A stretch of DNA of 20,243 bases from a virus: the UHGV virus genome UHGV-0098135; one strand, written 5' to 3'. The position numbers and the translations under genes were made by a program. Positions within the stretch are counted from its first letter, which is position 1; every line of letters starts with the position of its first letter. The notes under the pieces were generated by a model. The model did not search any database, was not told the DNA's origin, and worked only from the letters and a program-made list of their open reading frames with translations. Below, in pieces: positions 16,103 to 20,243 of the stretch.

Positions 16103-17970
16103 TGGCTAAAGCATGGAAAGATGTTATCGCCTCTCCACAGTATCAGGCGTTAACTGAAGAACAGAAAGCACAGGCTCAAGCGCAATATTTTGATGAGGTT
16201 GTTGCCCCTAAGGCTGGTGACAAATGGGCTGAAGCAAGAGATCAGTTTTATGCAGCATACCCTCCGCCTCAGCAGCAGAAAGAAGAACCATCATTGATGC
16301 AACAAGCTGGTGATTGGCTCACAGGTGGTCAAAGTGCAGGGCAAATTGCAGAGCAGGCTGGTCGTGGTCTGGTAAACATACCATTCGACGTATTACAGGG
16401 CGGCGCAAGCCTGATTAATGCAATCAGCCAGGGGCTTGGTGGCCCCAAGGTTTTGGATGATGTTTATCGTCCAGTCGATCGACCGACAGACCCCTACGCG
16501 CAAGCCGGTGAAACAATTGGCGGGTATTTAGTTCCAGGAGTTGGAACGGCAGGAAGCATGGCTATTGGATCACTGGCAGAGGCCGCAAATCAGAAAGGCG
16601 ATTTCGCACAAAATGCAACTAAAAATGCCGGAGTTAACCTTGCCGCTCAGGGTGTTCTTTCCGCAGCAGCAAAGGGAATAGGGCGTGGAATTACTGCTGT
16701 TCGTGGCGAAATATCACCAGCAGATCAGCAATTGCTCAAGCGTGCCGCTGCGGCAGATGTACCAGTTATGACATCGGATGTAGTTCCTCCAAAAACAAAA
16801 CTTGGCAATCAACTGCAGGGTTACTCAGAAGGAGTCATAGCTGGGACTGGACCAATGAGAGCCGCACAGCAGGATGCCAGAACCAAGCTTGTTAATCGCT
16901 TCACCGAAAAATACGGCGACTACGATCCATCTGTAGTCGTTGATAGTCTAAAGTCAGGCGTTGCAAGGGAAAAATCGTTAGCCAAGTCAAAACTAAACAG
17001 CCTGTCAGGAAGAATGGTTGGAAAGCCAGTTGATACAAGTGGCGCCATAAGAGCTATCGACGGAGCAGTAAACGAACTTGGGAAACTTAAAGGTGTTTCT
17101 GACACCCAGACCATTTCTGCGCTTAATGATTATAAGAATGCCATTCAGGAGATAACAAATGGAGATGATGCCTTTGAGTTACTTGATAAGCTGAGAACTC
17201 AGTTCCGCATTGACGTAAAAGGCGATCGTACAGTTCTGCCATCAATGTCGCAAACAATGGTCGACAGGGTCTATAACTCGCTAACCAATAGCCTTAGTAA
17301 ATCTATAGCGAAAGGACTTAGCCCAAAAGATGCTTCAGCATGGAGAGCGGGAAAAGCTGATTATGCAAAAATGGCAACACATGTAACTCAAACGCGCCTT
17401 AAAAACGTTCTAAACAAAGGAGATTTAACTCCCGAGGCTGTAAATACCATTGTGTATGGACAATATGGGTCAGATATAGCTCGATTGTACGGGAAACTCG
17501 ATCAAAAAGGTAAAGACATGCTAAGGGCGGCATATATCAGCAAAATAGCTGACAAGGTAGGTGACAGCCCTCAGAAAATGATGACCGAGCTTGGCAAGCT
17601 GCAAAAACAAGCAAATGGTCAGGTGTTTAAAACTGTATTTGGTGGGAAGAACGGAAAAGAGATAGAGGGGATGTTATCTATTCTCGATGCTACCAAAAGA
17701 GCATCTGAGGCTAATGTTGTGACGAAGACTGGCATGACACTCGCGCCTTTGGTAAGGGTTATTGGTAACCTAAAAACCGGAGGCGCGCTATTGGCTGGGG
17801 AAACAGGGATTGGCCTTATGTCGAGGGTTTATGAAAGCCCTATGGCCAGGAATGCTCTCTTACGTTTGGCAAACACCAAAGCAGGAACACCAGCCTATGA
17901 AAGAGCGCTAAATAATGCTGCAAATGCGATACGCCCTATACTTTCAAGCCAAATTACAGCAGAACAATAG
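16102..17970 (+). CDS. Ejection protein gp16-like
   Basis: 622 aa; TAATG overlap with gp20; last gene before the tailspike, as in P22-like phages. Confidence 0.75.
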   Translation: MAKAWKDVIASPQYQALTEEQKAQAQAQYFDEVVAPKAGDKWAEARDQFYAAYPPPQQQKEEPSLMQQAGDWLTGGQSAGQIAEQAGRGLVNIPFDVLQGGASLINAISQGLGGPKVLDDVYRPVDRPTDPYAQAGETIGGYLVPGVGTAGSMAIGSLAEAANQKGDFAQNATKNAGVNLAAQGVLSAAAKGIGRGITAVRGEISPADQQLLKRAAAADVPVMTSDVVPPKTKLGNQLQGYSEGVIAGTGPMRAAQQDARTKLVNRFTEKYGDYDPSVVVDSLKSGVAREKSLAKSKLNSLSGRMVGKPVDTSGAIRAIDGAVNELGKLKGVSDTQTISALNDYKNAIQEITNGDDAFELLDKLRTQFRIDVKGDRTVLPSMSQTMVDRVYNSLTNSLSKSIAKGLSPKDASAWRAGKADYAKMATHVTQTRLKNVLNKGDLTPEAVNTIVYGQYGSDIARLYGKLDQKGKDMLRAAYISKIADKVGDSPQKMMTELGKLQKQANGQVFKTVFGGKNGKEIEGMLSILDATKRASEANVVTKTGMTLAPLVRVIGNLKTGGALLAGETGIGLMSRVYESPMARNALLRLANTKAGTPAYERALNNAANAIRPILSSQITAEQ

Positions 17971-18020
17971 ATAAATAATTAATTAAGTACATAACTACTG
18001 ACAGATAACCAACGCAACGA

Positions 18021-18044
18021 CCCAGCTTCGGCTGGGTTTTTTTA
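18021..18044 (+). terminator. Intrinsic terminator after the ejection-protein operon
   Basis: Hairpin CCCAGC-TTCG-GCTGGG followed by TTTTTTT. Confidence 0.6.
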
Positions 18045-18101
18045 TGCCCAAAATTCACCGTAGCCACGCTGCGGCGATTCCTTGTATCTGGAGCAAATTA
18101 A

Positions 18102-20243
18102 ATGACAGACATTACAGCCAATGTGATCGTATCGATGCCTTCGCAACTTTTCACTATGGCGCGTTCTTTTAAAGCGGTTGCCAATGGCAAAATTTATATC
18201 GGTAAAATTGACACGGACCCCGTAAATCCAGAAAACCAGATTCAGGTTTATGTAGAGAACGAAGATGGCTCTCACGTTCCTGTTTCGCAACCAATCATCA
18301 TTAATGCTGCTGGATATCCGGTATATAACGGACAGATTGCCAAGTTTGTAACTGTGCAAGGTCATTCTATGTCTGTGTACGATGCATATGGATCACAGCA
18401 GTTCTATTTCCCTAATGTGCTGAAGTACGACCCTGATCAATTTGAGATTAGGCTTTCTAATCAAGACGGCGCTGGTCTTGTTGGGATTATGCCATATGGC
18501 ACGGTACAGGATGCCATCAAATGGGTTGTCCCCGAGGTATTCCCCGGAAGTAATGCGTCAGAAAAATTACAGGCAGCTGTAAATTATGCGGTTGCAAACA
18601 AAACGAGAGTTGTAGCATCAGGTGTGTACGATGTAACGGCCCCCGTCACCATCCCAGGAGACATCATTATCGATGCTTCTACTGGAGAATTTACCTTCAA
18701 TGGCATTGATTATATTTTCCATCCGCTTGGCGCAAAATCAGTAGAGATTATCGGTGGTAAGTTCACCGCAAATGCATACCACACCCAGCGTCCTCAGGTA
18801 ATTTTCAATGATTACCCTGATGGGCTGGCGAATTTGCCAACGCGAGTGGTGATAAAAGATATGCAATGCTTTAACTGCGGTGTTGGCTACATCATGGTTA
18901 ACTGTCAGGACCCAACCAGCGTACATGTCTCAGTTGATAATAACTACTGCAAGACTGATGACAACACAGATCAGTATATCTCTGATGCAGGAATGTCAGG
19001 TGAACATGGTGAGGTATATCCATATCTGATGATTCTTGGCAACACGACTGCATCCGTCGACATTGGGACGCCTCGCAAGTCAATGTTCCACGTAACGAAT
19101 AACACCTTTGATGTTTTTATGCAGTCAGGTGGTAACTCAGATATTTATAAAATAGGTGGTGCAACAACAGGAGGAATTTCTACATCCAACAGATTTATTA
19201 ACCGTAACACAGAAGCAGCCTGTGAAGTTGATACCTTTACTGGTGGTCTTGAAAGTGTTTTTGATAATAACACGCTTTGGAACGTGTCCATTAAGGTTAT
19301 GACACTAGGGATTAGTGGCGGCCCAAGGATTGGTCTTGGAGGTAGAAGTTCAGTTAGTAATAACGTCATGCATTTTGAGAAAAATCCACTTAATGATTTT
19401 GGAATATGGTTAAGAACATCACTGGTAAATGTATGTAACAATGTTATTTATTATGTTGGATCTGATAACCCCTCAGAGCAACGTATATTTAACGGAATTT
19501 CAGGGCGAAAATTAGATAATAATAACAATGGATTTGGTGGTTATTGGTGTGCTGGTAATAACGTATCCAACAACATAATTCAAATTATTACAGGTGAAGT
19601 TGACAAATCTGTTAGAGTGCAATGCATCGATCCTACTGATTTCGCTGGGAGCGTTTTTAATGGAAATTGTCTTTTTGGTGGTAATGGTATGGTGATAGAT
19701 GCAAGACCTGAAAGAAATAGAAATGTCTGGAGTGGTAATTATATAAGCTCTGGTCTATTTTCTGGTGAGAATATATGGAGAATGAATTCCGCATTCGTTG
19801 GCGGAAGTAATTATATTGGAAATTCTTACGATAACTCTGTTCGTGGTCCACATCTTTTAAGAAAGGAAATACCAGCTCAACAAGATGGGAGTATAATAAG
19901 AATTACATTGGATTATGCGATAAATAATGGATACGCTTCAGACAGATGTCTTTATCTCTTAATGGTAAAAGTTAATGGTGGGATTAAAAATAACTATCAG
20001 ACATTTGTTGTCTCTTCTGGAGCTCACGATGCGCAAGATCTAAAGCCAGCAATAGACGAAAGAATAAACCCAAACACAACTGACAACAATTTAAAACAAA
20101 TATCATTTAGAGCTGGTTATACAGGTTCTAGTGGGCTAATTGTTTTGCAGGCAAGGGGTAATTATTATTCATCAGGAAATCCACCGACATCTATAGAATA
20201 TTCTATTATACCGTTAACAGCAAACTTCCCCATGGCATTTTAA
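18102..20243 (+). CDS. Tailspike protein: conserved P22/HK620/Sf6-type head-binding N-terminal domain fused to a divergent beta-helix-like receptor-binding module
   Basis: 713 aa, ATG preceded by GGAG, TAA at 20241-20243. The first ~110 aa (MTDITANVIVSMPSQLFTMARSFKAVANGKIYIGKIDTDPVNPENQIQVYVENEDGSHVPVSQPIIINAAGYPVYNGQIAKFVTVQGHSM...LKYDPDQF) match the recalled HK620/Sf6/P22 tailspike head-binding domain. The remainder is rich in Asn, Gly and Cys, with repetitive short strands typical of right-handed beta-helices. Confidence 0.9.
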   Translation: MTDITANVIVSMPSQLFTMARSFKAVANGKIYIGKIDTDPVNPENQIQVYVENEDGSHVPVSQPIIINAAGYPVYNGQIAKFVTVQGHSMSVYDAYGSQQFYFPNVLKYDPDQFEIRLSNQDGAGLVGIMPYGTVQDAIKWVVPEVFPGSNASEKLQAAVNYAVANKTRVVASGVYDVTAPVTIPGDIIIDASTGEFTFNGIDYIFHPLGAKSVEIIGGKFTANAYHTQRPQVIFNDYPDGLANLPTRVVIKDMQCFNCGVGYIMVNCQDPTSVHVSVDNNYCKTDDNTDQYISDAGMSGEHGEVYPYLMILGNTTASVDIGTPRKSMFHVTNNTFDVFMQSGGNSDIYKIGGATTGGISTSNRFINRNTEAACEVDTFTGGLESVFDNNTLWNVSIKVMTLGISGGPRIGLGGRSSVSNNVMHFEKNPLNDFGIWLRTSLVNVCNNVIYYVGSDNPSEQRIFNGISGRKLDNNNNGFGGYWCAGNNVSNNIIQIITGEVDKSVRVQCIDPTDFAGSVFNGNCLFGGNGMVIDARPERNRNVWSGNYISSGLFSGENIWRMNSAFVGGSNYIGNSYDNSVRGPHLLRKEIPAQQDGSIIRITLDYAINNGYASDRCLYLLMVKVNGGIKNNYQTFVVSSGAHDAQDLKPAIDERINPNTTDNNLKQISFRAGYTGSSGLIVLQARGNYYSSGNPPTSIEYSIIPLTANFPMAF

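Noticed and set aside
1-20243. CRISPR arrays, IS elements or transposases, integrase, attachment sites
   Set aside because: No regularly spaced direct repeats, no terminal inverted repeats flanking a transposase-like ORF, and no recombinase-like ORF were seen; the window is a contiguous phage late operon.

Overview
This window is the late (lysis plus morphogenesis) region of a P22-like short-tailed temperate phage or prophage of Enterobacteriaceae, with every supported gene on the + strand. The tailspike N-terminus looks most like the HK620/Sf6 group, so an E. coli/Shigella host is likely. Order: Q-like antiterminator (1-489); a PR'/tR'-like leader; two phage tRNAs (Asn-GUU-like 581-655, Thr-UGU-like 661-736); lysis cassette (lambda-S-type holin, GH24 endolysin, Rz with embedded Rz1); tandem terminators; a ~2 kb accessory cluster of small, translationally coupled ORFs (KilA-N-like protein, an HExxH-motif protein, Cys-rich small peptides); terminase small and large subunits; portal; scaffold; coat; gp4/gp10/gp26 tail-needle proteins; gp14; ejection proteins gp7/gp20/gp16; and a tailspike. 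The tailspike is mosaic: a conserved head-binding N-terminus is fused to a divergent Asn- and Cys-rich receptor-binding module whose 3' ~1.1 kb is visibly AT-rich. There is no integrase, CRISPR array, IS element or immI (ant/arc/mnt/sieA) cluster in the window. The best candidates for something undescribed are the coupled small-ORF pairs at 3451-4351 and the tailspike receptor-binding module. All assignments rest on reading the sequence and recalled family similarity and synteny; no database search was run.
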